NCBI GenBank assembly: GCA_020344435.1
Contig: CP070826.1
Location: forward strand, 941,569-978,075
Origin: Candidatus Bathyarchaeota archaeon
Lineage (GTDB): Archaea; Thermoproteota; Bathyarchaeia; Bathyarchaeales; Bathyarchaeaceae
Reading direction: 5' to 3'
DNA: 36,507 bases
Made by a program: the position numbers and the translations under genes. The notes beneath the pieces were generated by a model. That model ran no database searches and had not been told where the DNA came from. It saw only the letters and a program-made list of their open reading frames with translations. Within the stretch, counting starts at the first letter, position 1. The number at the start of each line of letters is the position of its first letter. Of the stretch, positions 27,431 through 35,058 are shown piece by piece.

Positions 27431-27666
27431 GCGCTCTTCTATCTCTCTTCTCTCCAGATTCTCTCCTTTTTCCCTCCAGATTCTGTCCAGATTCTCTCTG
27501 GATTTCGATTCTTCTTGCAGTGTGGGGGGATGACACTCTAATCATTGTTTTTGTTGGAGTTCTCCCTCTAGCTCCTGGAGGGACTGCAAGAGGACAGAGA
27601 AGAGACCTGAAAGAGAGGATTTGAGAGAGAAAAAGGAGACTTCTTCAGAGAGAATCTGAGGAGCGC
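27431..27666. repeat. 236-nt imperfect inverted repeat: CU-rich left arm, GA-rich right arm, ~60-nt centre
   Basis: Complementary segments verified by eye:
- 27431-27439 / 27658-27666: 9 bp, 1 G.U.
- 27462-27472 / 27629-27639: 11 bp, perfect.
- 27488-27500 / 27646-27658: 13 bp, perfect.
- 27510-27521 / 27583-27594: 12 bp, 1 G.U.
Not all are mutually compatible, so alternative pairing registers exist. Confidence 0.75.
27454..27498 (+). repeat. Three direct CCAGATTCT(C/G)TC boxes phased at 22 and 11 bp
   Basis: Boxes at 27454-27465 (ccagattctctc), 27476-27487 (ccagattctgtc) and 27487-27498 (ccagattctctc). An inverted copy lies at 27646-27658. The third box is part of the palindrome TCCAGA-N5-TCTGGA (27486-27502). 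Confidence 0.85.
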
Positions 27667-27823
27667 CTACAACAGGTAGACAAAGAAACTATGTATGCAC
27701 GGCTGTTTCCGCCGACTTCTTCAAAGATTTAACATCATCTAGGGTTTTGCATTTCTATTTGCGCGCGCAACCGAACATGATGAGATGGAGAAAACCAACT
27801 CTTTTTTTAGTAGCTACTCTTAA

Positions 27824-28720
27824 ATGGATGACATCCTTTGCGAATCAAGAACAGTGAACAAGACATTGGCGATCATCAATACACTCGATCTGAAATACAC
27901 GTACCCAGGAGGAACAGCGCCTTCTCTCGTCGATGTCTCTTTGACGATTGGAAAAGGAGACTATGTAATTCTCACTGGCCCAAGTGGCTGTGGAAAAACA
28001 ACCCTCTGTCGATGCCTCAACGGACTCATCCCACATTTCTACAGCGGAAAGCTGGAAGGCGAGATCGAAGTAGCTAGCCTTATGGTGCCCGAACACTCAA
28101 TCTACGAGCTTGCCAGACATGTCGGCCTTGTGTTTCAGAATCCCGAGAATCAACTATTTGCACTATCTGTGGAAAAGGATGTTGCCTTCGGTCTTGAGAA
28201 CCTTGGGATGCCTAGAGAGGATATGAGGGCACGAGTCGACTGGGCCCTCCAAATGACCGGCATTTATGATCTTCGTGAGAGAGCTCCCCACGAGCTGTCA
28301 GGAGGCCAGCAACAACGAGTCGCTATAGCATGCGTGCTCGCCATGAAGCCTGATATCATGGTGCTCGACGAGCCGACATCATTCCTAGATCCCTTAGGCG
28401 CCCAGAAAATCTTTGAAGTGATTGGTGATCTGAACAAGAAGCTGGGTATCACGGTCATCCTTGTAGAACATAGATTGGACTTAGCCTCAGAATATGCCAA
28501 TCATGTTATTGTTATGGACGAAGGAAAGGTTGTGTTGGATGGAAAGCCTCTGGATGTCTTCGATTCTGAGAGTGCCCGCTTGATCGGTGTTGGCATCCCG
28601 AAAGCAACACGGCTCTACCAGGCACTCCGACAAGGCGGAGTGCATCTTGATAGAGTTCCAGTCAACTCGCAAGAGGCTACTCTGCTTCTGCAGGAGGTTT
28701 TGACTCGTGATCGAGGTTAA
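27824..28720 (+). CDS. ecfA1: ECF transporter ATPase component EcfA (first)
   Basis: GPSGCGKTT (Walker A), LSGGQQQRVAIA (signature), MVLDEPTS (Walker B) and VEHRL. Also has FQNPENQLF, typical of ECF/CbiO ATPases. Confidence 0.9.
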   Translation: MDDILCESRTVNKTLAIINTLDLKYTYPGGTAPSLVDVSLTIGKGDYVILTGPSGCGKTTLCRCLNGLIPHFYSGKLEGEIEVASLMVPEHSIYELARHVGLVFQNPENQLFALSVEKDVAFGLENLGMPREDMRARVDWALQMTGIYDLRERAPHELSGGQQQRVAIACVLAMKPDIMVLDEPTSFLDPLGAQKIFEVIGDLNKKLGITVILVEHRLDLASEYANHVIVMDEGKVVLDGKPLDVFDSESARLIGVGIPKATRLYQALRQGGVHLDRVPVNSQEATLLLQEVLTRDRG

Positions 28721-29528
28721 GGACATCTTCTTCACTTATCCAAACAATGTGAAAGCTTTGAAAGGCGTCTCTCTCAACATTCGAGAGGGCGATTTCGTCG
28801 CGATTATGGGCCAGAACGGCGCAGGGAAGACGACTCTTGTTAAACACTTCAATGGATTGCTAAAGCCTACGAAAGGAGCAGTCATCGTTAATGGGGTCGA
28901 TACACGAGAAGAAAGCGTAGCCAAGCTCTCTCGAGGAGTTGGATTTGTCTTTCAGAATCCTGACAATCAACTCTTCTGTGAGACAGTTGAGGAGGAGGTT
29001 GCCTTTGCTCTTCGGAATTTTGGGTTTGAGGACAAGATTGTTCAGAAGCGAGTGGAGTGGGCCATTAATCTTCTCGGGTTGGCAAAACATCGCCAATCTT
29101 CTCCATTTATGCTAAGCGGTGGAGAGAGGAAACGTGTTGCCCTAGCTTCAGTTCTCGCTTGGAATCCTGATGTGGTCATTCTTGATGAGCCCACGATCGG
29201 ACAGGATTACAAACAGAAAGAGAAATTGCGGCAGTTCATCGTCCAATTGAATGCTCAAGGAAAGACAGTGGTAGTAGTCACGCATGATGTTGAGTTTGTC
29301 GCTGAATGTAATCCCCGAGTCGTGTTGATGGCTCAGGGGGAAATTGTGGTGGATGGAGATGCAAAGCATGTTCTTACAAACGCCAAACTGGTCACAAAAG
29401 CATCTATAGTACCTCCCCAGATATCTCAGATATTCATGGGGCTCACAGATCTTGGGCTACCAATTGATATAATTGACGTTTATGAGGCGAGGGATATTCT
29501 ACTTGATTTCTTGGGGGGCGACCTGTGA
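28707..29528 (+). CDS. ecfA2: ECF transporter ATPase component EcfA (second)
   Basis: GQNGAGKTT, FQNPDNQLF, LSGGERKRVALA, ILDEPT and THDV. The GTG start overlaps the ecfA1 end by 14 nt. Confidence 0.9.
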   Translation: MIEVKDIFFTYPNNVKALKGVSLNIREGDFVAIMGQNGAGKTTLVKHFNGLLKPTKGAVIVNGVDTREESVAKLSRGVGFVFQNPDNQLFCETVEEEVAFALRNFGFEDKIVQKRVEWAINLLGLAKHRQSSPFMLSGGERKRVALASVLAWNPDVVILDEPTIGQDYKQKEKLRQFIVQLNAQGKTVVVVTHDVEFVAECNPRVVLMAQGEIVVDGDAKHVLTNAKLVTKASIVPPQISQIFMGLTDLGLPIDIIDVYEARDILLDFLGGDL

Positions 29529-30328
29529 GCGTCTTCGAGGGCTTCAGGTTCAGGAGAGTCCTTTCACCTATCCACCAGCTCGATCCAAGGGCTAAATTCT
29601 TCTACGTCTGCACCGTGTTTGTGATTGCAGTCATGTTCAACCAGCTGATGCCTCTCATCCTGTTATTTCTCATTCAGTTGCCATTCGTTCTCGCAGCTGG
29701 GGTTCAGAAGGAATGGATCAGATCAATGAAGGGAGCTTCCTTCTTGGCGTTGATGATCTTTCTTTTCAACTTCCTTTTCACGTACTTCTACAGAGAATAC
29801 CCAACCTTCCCTCCATCATCCTCATTGATGGAGTATTCACTCGCTATGACGCTTCGTTTTATCGTTCTGGTCGAGTCCTTCTCAATTTTCTTCCTAACAA
29901 CATCCCCTGACCGTTTGGGGCTGGCTTTGGAACAGAGCCATATACCATACGAATTTTGTTTCGCCTTCACAACCGCGGTTCGCTTCGTCCCAGTCTTGGC
30001 TGAGGAGGCACAGACCATCATGGACGCCCAGAAGGCCCGGGGACTAGAGCTTGAACGCGGAAACTTCATAAAAAGGATCAGAAACTACATTCCAATTCTC
30101 ATTCCACTTATAGTGAGCGCAATCCGTAGAAGCCTGGAACTAGCCGAGGCCATGGAGTCGCGAGCTTGGGGTGCAACAAACAAACGCACCAACCTTTACG
30201 TACTCAAAATAGCAAGGGGAGACTACATATTAGCTATCATTTCTATTGGCATGTTAGTTCTCGCCGTTTATGTATGGCTCTTTATGCGGGAGCAGATTCC
30301 ATCCTTGATACCATGGATAACTGGTTAA
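29525..30328 (+). CDS. ecfT: ECF transporter transmembrane component EcfT
   Basis: 267-aa polytopic ORF with LDPRAKF near the N-terminus and a conserved A-x3-ARG-type coupling helix (MDAQKARGLE). The GTG start overlaps the ecfA2 stop (GTGA). Confidence 0.88.
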   Translation: MSVFEGFRFRRVLSPIHQLDPRAKFFYVCTVFVIAVMFNQLMPLILLFLIQLPFVLAAGVQKEWIRSMKGASFLALMIFLFNFLFTYFYREYPTFPPSSSLMEYSLAMTLRFIVLVESFSIFFLTTSPDRLGLALEQSHIPYEFCFAFTTAVRFVPVLAEEAQTIMDAQKARGLELERGNFIKRIRNYIPILIPLIVSAIRRSLELAEAMESRAWGATNKRTNLYVLKIARGDYILAIISIGMLVLAVYVWLFMREQIPSLIPWITG

Positions 30329-30951
30329 AACGTATAAACTCATATAACATAGTTGACAGGGGATTCAAAACGCATTCAGTCCACCGCAAGACCATCTATT
30401 TCCAAGCTCCTGGAGAACAGAACACAGACTCCGTGTTCAAATTAGTGAAGGATTATGTTCGTGCTGAAGAAATAGGACACATCGTAGTAGCCTCCACCAC
30501 TGGCAAAACCGGGGTCAAAGCCTCTGAGGCCTTCAAGAAGGTCAACGTAGTTGTGGTTACTCATCACGTGGGTTTTCGAGAACCAGGAGTATGGGAACTG
30601 AAAGAAGAGAACCGTAGGAAGATCTTGGAGAATGGCGCCAAGATTTTAACTGCAACCCACGCTCTCAGTGGAGTGGAGAGGGCCGTCCGAAGAAAGCACG
30701 GAACAATCATGCCTCTCGAACTCATCGCCCACACGCTCAGGCTATTTGGTGAAGGAACCAAGGTTTGTGTCGAAATCAGTATTATGGCAGCTGACGCTGG
30801 GTTAGTCCCTATAGATAAAGAGGTCATTGCTATCGGAGGAACGAGTAGAGGAGCAGATACCGCCCTACTCATAAAGCCAGCAACTGCATCCGATTTTTTC
30901 GATTTTGAAATCAGAGAAATAATAGCCAAACCAAGAATCAGTGAAAAATAG
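30313..30951 (+). CDS. Pyruvate kinase C-terminal (alpha/beta) domain-like protein (COG1751-type, function unknown)
   Basis: YFQAPGEQNTD......V.......GHIVVASTTGKTG and GGTSRGADTALL fit the stand-alone PK_C-like archaeal family. I chose ATG 30313, the only in-frame ATG before the conserved YF..PG.(E/Q)NT block. It overlaps ecfT by 16 nt. Confidence 0.7.
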   Translation: MDNWLKRINSYNIVDRGFKTHSVHRKTIYFQAPGEQNTDSVFKLVKDYVRAEEIGHIVVASTTGKTGVKASEAFKKVNVVVVTHHVGFREPGVWELKEENRRKILENGAKILTATHALSGVERAVRRKHGTIMPLELIAHTLRLFGEGTKVCVEISIMAADAGLVPIDKEVIAIGGTSRGADTALLIKPATASDFFDFEIREIIAKPRISEK

Positions 30952-30965
30952 GTTCACACCGACAA

Positions 30966-31229
30966 TCAGAGAGTTTCCAGTTTGTACAATACCTCCAACC
31001 CCTTCAACGTTTCGTGGACAGCGGTGCCAATCTGCAGTACGTTTTCCAGATCTACCTTCCTGCCCCAGTCATAAACATGGTCATATTGTCCCTTTATGGG
31101 CTCAAAACCCATGTTCCGAAGTTTCTCGGCCACCACTACGGGGCCTGCTCCTTCGCTGCTGAACCAGATTGTCAAATAAGTTTTCACATTTTCCACCTTC
31201 TCATATTTCACGATTCTTAACACAGTCAA
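30966..31229 (-). CDS. Small hypothetical protein (73-87 aa), predicted beta-alpha-beta-beta-alpha-beta fold
   Basis: Clean ORF with protein-like composition (YLTIWFSSEGAGPVVVAEKLRNMGFEPIKGQYDHVYDW...). TTG start at 31229, with alternative in-frame GTGs. Convergent with the PK_C-like gene, 14 nt apart. No family recognised. Confidence 0.5.
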   Translation of the reverse strand: MTVLRIVKYEKVENVKTYLTIWFSSEGAGPVVVAEKLRNMGFEPIKGQYDHVYDWGRKVDLENVLQIGTAVHETLKGLEVLYKLETL

Positions 31230-31433
31230 CTAGCCAATTATTAATTGTTACTGAAAGAGCTCATGCATACATTCACTTTGAAGCGATCTTCGATGAAATC
31301 GGATCAACGCCAAATCATACATCAAAGCTACACAAATTTTCGATTCAGAAAGCCTTTTAAGACGCTTGATGCGTGTTCATGAAGAACATGGTTTAGATGA
31401 TATGAGAAAACAACAACCCGGAGAAAGCGACTG

Positions 31434-33647
31434 ATGTCTCCACGTTTCAGACAGACAAAAGATATACTCAAGCTGATGTCCACGAAAGCGGATATCCGCG
31501 ACATCGGCATAATAGCCCACATTGATCATGGCAAGACAACCATGACGGATTCTCTGCTAGCCGAAGCTGGACTTCTATCGCCGAAGATAGCTGGCGAGGC
31601 TAGAGCCCTCGATTATCTTGAGGAGGAACAGAAGCGCGGCATCACTATAAAAACTGCCAACATCTCTCTCATGCACGAAATCGAAGGCAAACAGTATGTT
31701 GTCAACCTCATTGACACCCCCGGCCATGTGGACTTCACCGGGAAAGTGACACGAGCACTCAGAGCCATCGACGGTGCAGTTGTGGTTGTAGACGCTGTCG
31801 AGGAGGTTATGGTTCAAACAGAGACAGTGACGAGGCAGGCACTGGAGGAGAGGGTCAAGCCTGTTCTGTTCATAAACAAGGTCGACCGGTTGATTAGAGA
31901 ATTGAAACTCAACCCTGATGAAGTTCAGGCCAAACTACACAGGATAATCCGAGACTTCAACAACCTGATCGACATCTATGGAGAGCAAGAATACAAGAAG
32001 GAGTGGAAGGTAGACGCTGCCAAAGGAACAGTCGCGTTCGGCTCTGCACTCCATAAGTGGGGCTTTACCGTGAACATCGCCCAGAATAAGGGAATAATGT
32101 TCAGCGACATTGTAGACATCTACAAAAACGAACGTTGGCAAGAGCTTCCAAAAATGCTCCCACTACACAACGCCATACTGGACATGGTCGTCAGAAACCT
32201 GCCAAATCCAGTGGAAGCCCAGAAATACCGGGTTCCCAAAGTCTGGAGAGGCGACATGGAATCTGAGATAGGGCAAGCAATGTTAAAATGCGATGATGAC
32301 GGACCCATCGTTATATGCTTAACCTCGGCGCAGATGGATCCACACGCGGGTTTAGTTGCCACAGGCAGAATGTTCTCAGGATCAATAGAAGAAGGTGACC
32401 AGGTTTACCTTGTCGGTGCAAGAAAAGACTATAGGGTTCAGCAGGTCTCCATGTATATGGCTGCGTTTAGAGAGCCCGTGGAGCGCATCGTCGCAGGAAA
32501 TATAGTAGCTTTACTCGGGCTTGATCTTGCAAGAGCAGGCGAAACACTCGTCGACGTAACGCATAAAGGTGCGATGATTCCCTTTGAACGCATAAAGTAC
32601 GTCTCTGAACCCGTCGTAACCATAGCCATAGAGCCAAAACATCCGAAGGAGCTGCCCCGCCTCGTTGATCTCATGCATCGTCTCTCGATTGAGGACCCCA
32701 ACCTTGTGACCACGATAAACAAGGAGACAGGTGAGTATCTGCTTAGTGGGATGGGCGAGCTTCATCTGGAGATTGCTGTCAAGTTCCTAGGCCAGTATGG
32801 AGGAGGACTAGAGATTCTCACTTCTCGTCCGATAGTTGTATATCGTGAGAGCGTCGCTGGGCAGGGCGTTGTAGCGATGGCGAAAAGCCCGAATAAGCAC
32901 AGTCGTTTCTGGATTCAGGTAGAGCCGCTTGGGCAGCAGGTATTAGACATGATCAATAAGGGTGAGATAGACGAGTATATGGGTCGAAAGCAGATGGGCA
33001 CTGTTCTGCGTAAGGAGGCTCAATGGTCCACGGACGAAGCGAGAAATGTGTGGACAATTGAGGAGCACAGAAACATCTTGGTCAATATGACAAAAGGAAT
33101 ACAATACCTTCGAGAGGTAAGGGATATGGTAATGGCAGGATTCAGATGGGCTTGTCAGAATGGGCCGCTCTCTGAGGAGCCAATACGTGGTTTGAAAGTG
33201 AAACTGATGGATGTCAAGTTACATGAAGATCCAGTGCATCGTGGCCCAGCACAGGTTATGCCCGCTACGCGGAGAGCCCTTCTAGGCTCATTCCTCACCG
33301 CAAAACCAGTACTCCTAGAACCCGTATACAAGATTGGTGTATCCGTATCTGCGCAATGGGTCGGTGATGTAACAGGAATGATTAGCCGCAAGCGCGGCAG
33401 AATACTCTCGTCACAACAGAAGGGTCCCGTGACCATGATTACAGGGTATATCCCAGTTGCTGAGACCTTTGGTCTCTCTGCTGAGATAAGATCAGCGACC
33501 TCAGGCCACGCGTTCTGGCAGACTCAATTCGACCATTGGGAGAAGGTGCCTGAGAGCATTGCGTTAGAGGTTATTACGGGTATACGAGAGAGGCGTGGCT
33601 TGCCGCCTGAGATACCTACGCCAAGCAAATTCATCGATACGGTCTGA
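31434..33647 (+). CDS. fusA: Elongation factor 2 (aEF-2)
   Basis: 737-aa ORF with AHIDHGKTT, DTPGHVDF and NKVDR. The diphthamide loop reads LHEDPVHRGPAQVMPA. GGAG lies 10 nt upstream of the ATG. Confidence 0.97.
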   Translation: MSPRFRQTKDILKLMSTKADIRDIGIIAHIDHGKTTMTDSLLAEAGLLSPKIAGEARALDYLEEEQKRGITIKTANISLMHEIEGKQYVVNLIDTPGHVDFTGKVTRALRAIDGAVVVVDAVEEVMVQTETVTRQALEERVKPVLFINKVDRLIRELKLNPDEVQAKLHRIIRDFNNLIDIYGEQEYKKEWKVDAAKGTVAFGSALHKWGFTVNIAQNKGIMFSDIVDIYKNERWQELPKMLPLHNAILDMVVRNLPNPVEAQKYRVPKVWRGDMESEIGQAMLKCDDDGPIVICLTSAQMDPHAGLVATGRMFSGSIEEGDQVYLVGARKDYRVQQVSMYMAAFREPVERIVAGNIVALLGLDLARAGETLVDVTHKGAMIPFERIKYVSEPVVTIAIEPKHPKELPRLVDLMHRLSIEDPNLVTTINKETGEYLLSGMGELHLEIAVKFLGQYGGGLEILTSRPIVVYRESVAGQGVVAMAKSPNKHSRFWIQVEPLGQQVLDMINKGEIDEYMGRKQMGTVLRKEAQWSTDEARNVWTIEEHRNILVNMTKGIQYLREVRDMVMAGFRWACQNGPLSEEPIRGLKVKLMDVKLHEDPVHRGPAQVMPATRRALLGSFLTAKPVLLEPVYKIGVSVSAQWVGDVTGMISRKRGRILSSQQKGPVTMITGYIPVAETFGLSAEIRSATSGHAFWQTQFDHWEKVPESIALEVITGIRERRGLPPEIPTPSKFIDTV

Positions 33648-33695
33648 GGCAAATCAAGAGACAATCAACAACCACACTGTTTCTATGAAGCCAGA

Positions 33696-34241
33696 CTATA
33701 TGGGGTAAATGAATTCTTGCATTGTGCCCTTTCTGAAGCCTTCAAGGTTACTTTTCTTTGTCTCCTCTGGAACGCTGTTCTCTATTGCTTTCTCGGCCGC
33801 CTCTATGGTGACTAGGTTGGTTATTCTGATTACTGCGCCCAACATGACTACATTAGCGTAGATTCTTGACTTCAGCTCGATCTCTGCGATTCTGGTTGCC
33901 GGGACTTTGAAAACTCTGGCGTTAGTCTTTGGTATTGTCTTTACCCTATCCTTGTCTGTCAGGAGGATTCCTTTTGCCTTCAGGTCTTTCAGATGCATGT
34001 CTAGCGCACTCTGGCTCATCGCAACTAGAATGTCGCATTTTAGAACCTTCGGAAAGCCTATCTTCTCATCTGAGATTATGACCTCGCTTCTGGCAGCGCT
34101 CCCTCTCGCCTCAGCTCCATAGCTTTGCGTCTGAACCGCGTGTTTCCCATCATAGACTGCTGCTCTTCCCAAGATCTCACCTGCCAGAACGACGCCCTGC
34201 CCACCAAGTCCGCTTATTCTTATCTCAACTCGTCTCGGCAC
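33696..34241 (-). CDS. 2-oxoacid:ferredoxin oxidoreductase, gamma subunit
   Basis: EIRISGLGGQGVVLAGEILG and QSYGAEARGS. I chose GTG 34241 because GGGAGG lies about 9 nt upstream and the N-terminus is then of typical length. The ORF-track ATG at 34268 is possible. Confidence 0.88.
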   Translation of the reverse strand: MPRRVEIRISGLGGQGVVLAGEILGRAAVYDGKHAVQTQSYGAEARGSAARSEVIISDEKIGFPKVLKCDILVAMSQSALDMHLKDLKAKGILLTDKDRVKTIPKTNARVFKVPATRIAEIELKSRIYANVVMLGAVIRITNLVTIEAAEKAIENSVPEETKKSNLEGFRKGTMQEFIYPI

Positions 34242-35058
34242 TTTTTCTCGCCTCCCGTATGACTTCATTCACTGTGTCCGTAAGTGTTGGGAACTCTCGA
34301 TGGACGAACTCTCCAACCACAATCTTCTCTGCAAGCTCTTCTTGAGCCATTCCTTCGGCTTCTTCAATTGGAACTGAGTTCTCCTTAAACCATCGGAGCA
34401 TATCAGTGGCGGTCTTCAATCCCACTCTTCTTCCGAAGGCTGTTGGGCACTGACTAACTGATTCGATGAAGGCGAAACCCTCCGTTTTGAGAGCTTTTTT
34501 CATGCCTGCCTTCAGCTGCATATGGTGGGCTGTTGTCCAACGAGCTGCATAGCTTGCTCCAGCCGCAACTACAAGACGTATCACGTCTAGAGGATATTCG
34601 AAACTTCCGTATGGTGTAGTTGTCGTTTCCGTTCCTAACGGTGTGGTTGGAGCGACCTGTCCACCTGTCATTCCGTAGATCATATTGTTCACCATTATTA
34701 CTGTGATGTCGAGGTTCCTTCGTGCTGCGTGGATGAGATGGCTTAATCCTATTCCGGCCAAATCTCCATCTCCCCCGAAAACCACGACGTTCAGATTCGG
34801 TTGAACAAGCTTCACTCCTGTCGCGACCGGTATGCTCCTGCCATGGGTTGTATGGATTGAGTCGGCTTTGAAGTATGGCGACGGAATCCATGACGCGCAT
34901 CCTATCCCGCTGCAGAAGACGAAGGTGCTTAGGTCGTTGTATTTCAGTTCGTAGACGGCTCTCAGGAAGCAGTTCATAACTGTAGTGCCCCCGCAGCCTT
35001 GGCAGAATGGGAGCTTTATGGGTCGCAGGTATTTCCGAGCAGAGAACTTCTCAGCCAT
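34225..35058 (-). CDS. 2-oxoacid:ferredoxin oxidoreductase, beta (TPP-binding) subunit
   Basis: FCQGCGG, SGIGCASW and GGDGDLAGIG (TPP motif). GGAGG lies 10 nt upstream. The start overlaps the alpha stop by 8 nt. Confidence 0.93.
   Translation of the reverse strand: MAEKFSARKYLRPIKLPFCQGCGGTTVMNCFLRAVYELKYNDLSTFVFCSGIGCASWIPSPYFKADSIHTTHGRSIPVATGVKLVQPNLNVVVFGGDGDLAGIGLSHLIHAARRNLDITVIMVNNMIYGMTGGQVAPTTPLGTETTTTPYGSFEYPLDVIRLVVAAGASYAARWTTAHHMQLKAGMKKALKTEGFAFIESVSQCPTAFGRRVGLKTATDMLRWFKENSVPIEEAEGMAQEELAEKIVVGEFVHREFPTLTDTVNEVIREARKSAETS

Noticed and set aside
27289-27624. 111-aa plus-strand ORF and the overlapping 67-aa minus-strand ORF (27342..27545) in the long SSB-ecfA gap.
   Set aside because: The peptides are translations of the CU/GA repeat (PDSLLFPSRFCPDSLWIS…, RESGQNLEGKRRESGEKRDRR…). 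The TTG start has no SD and the composition is not protein-like. The region is better explained as a non-coding repeat or structured element.
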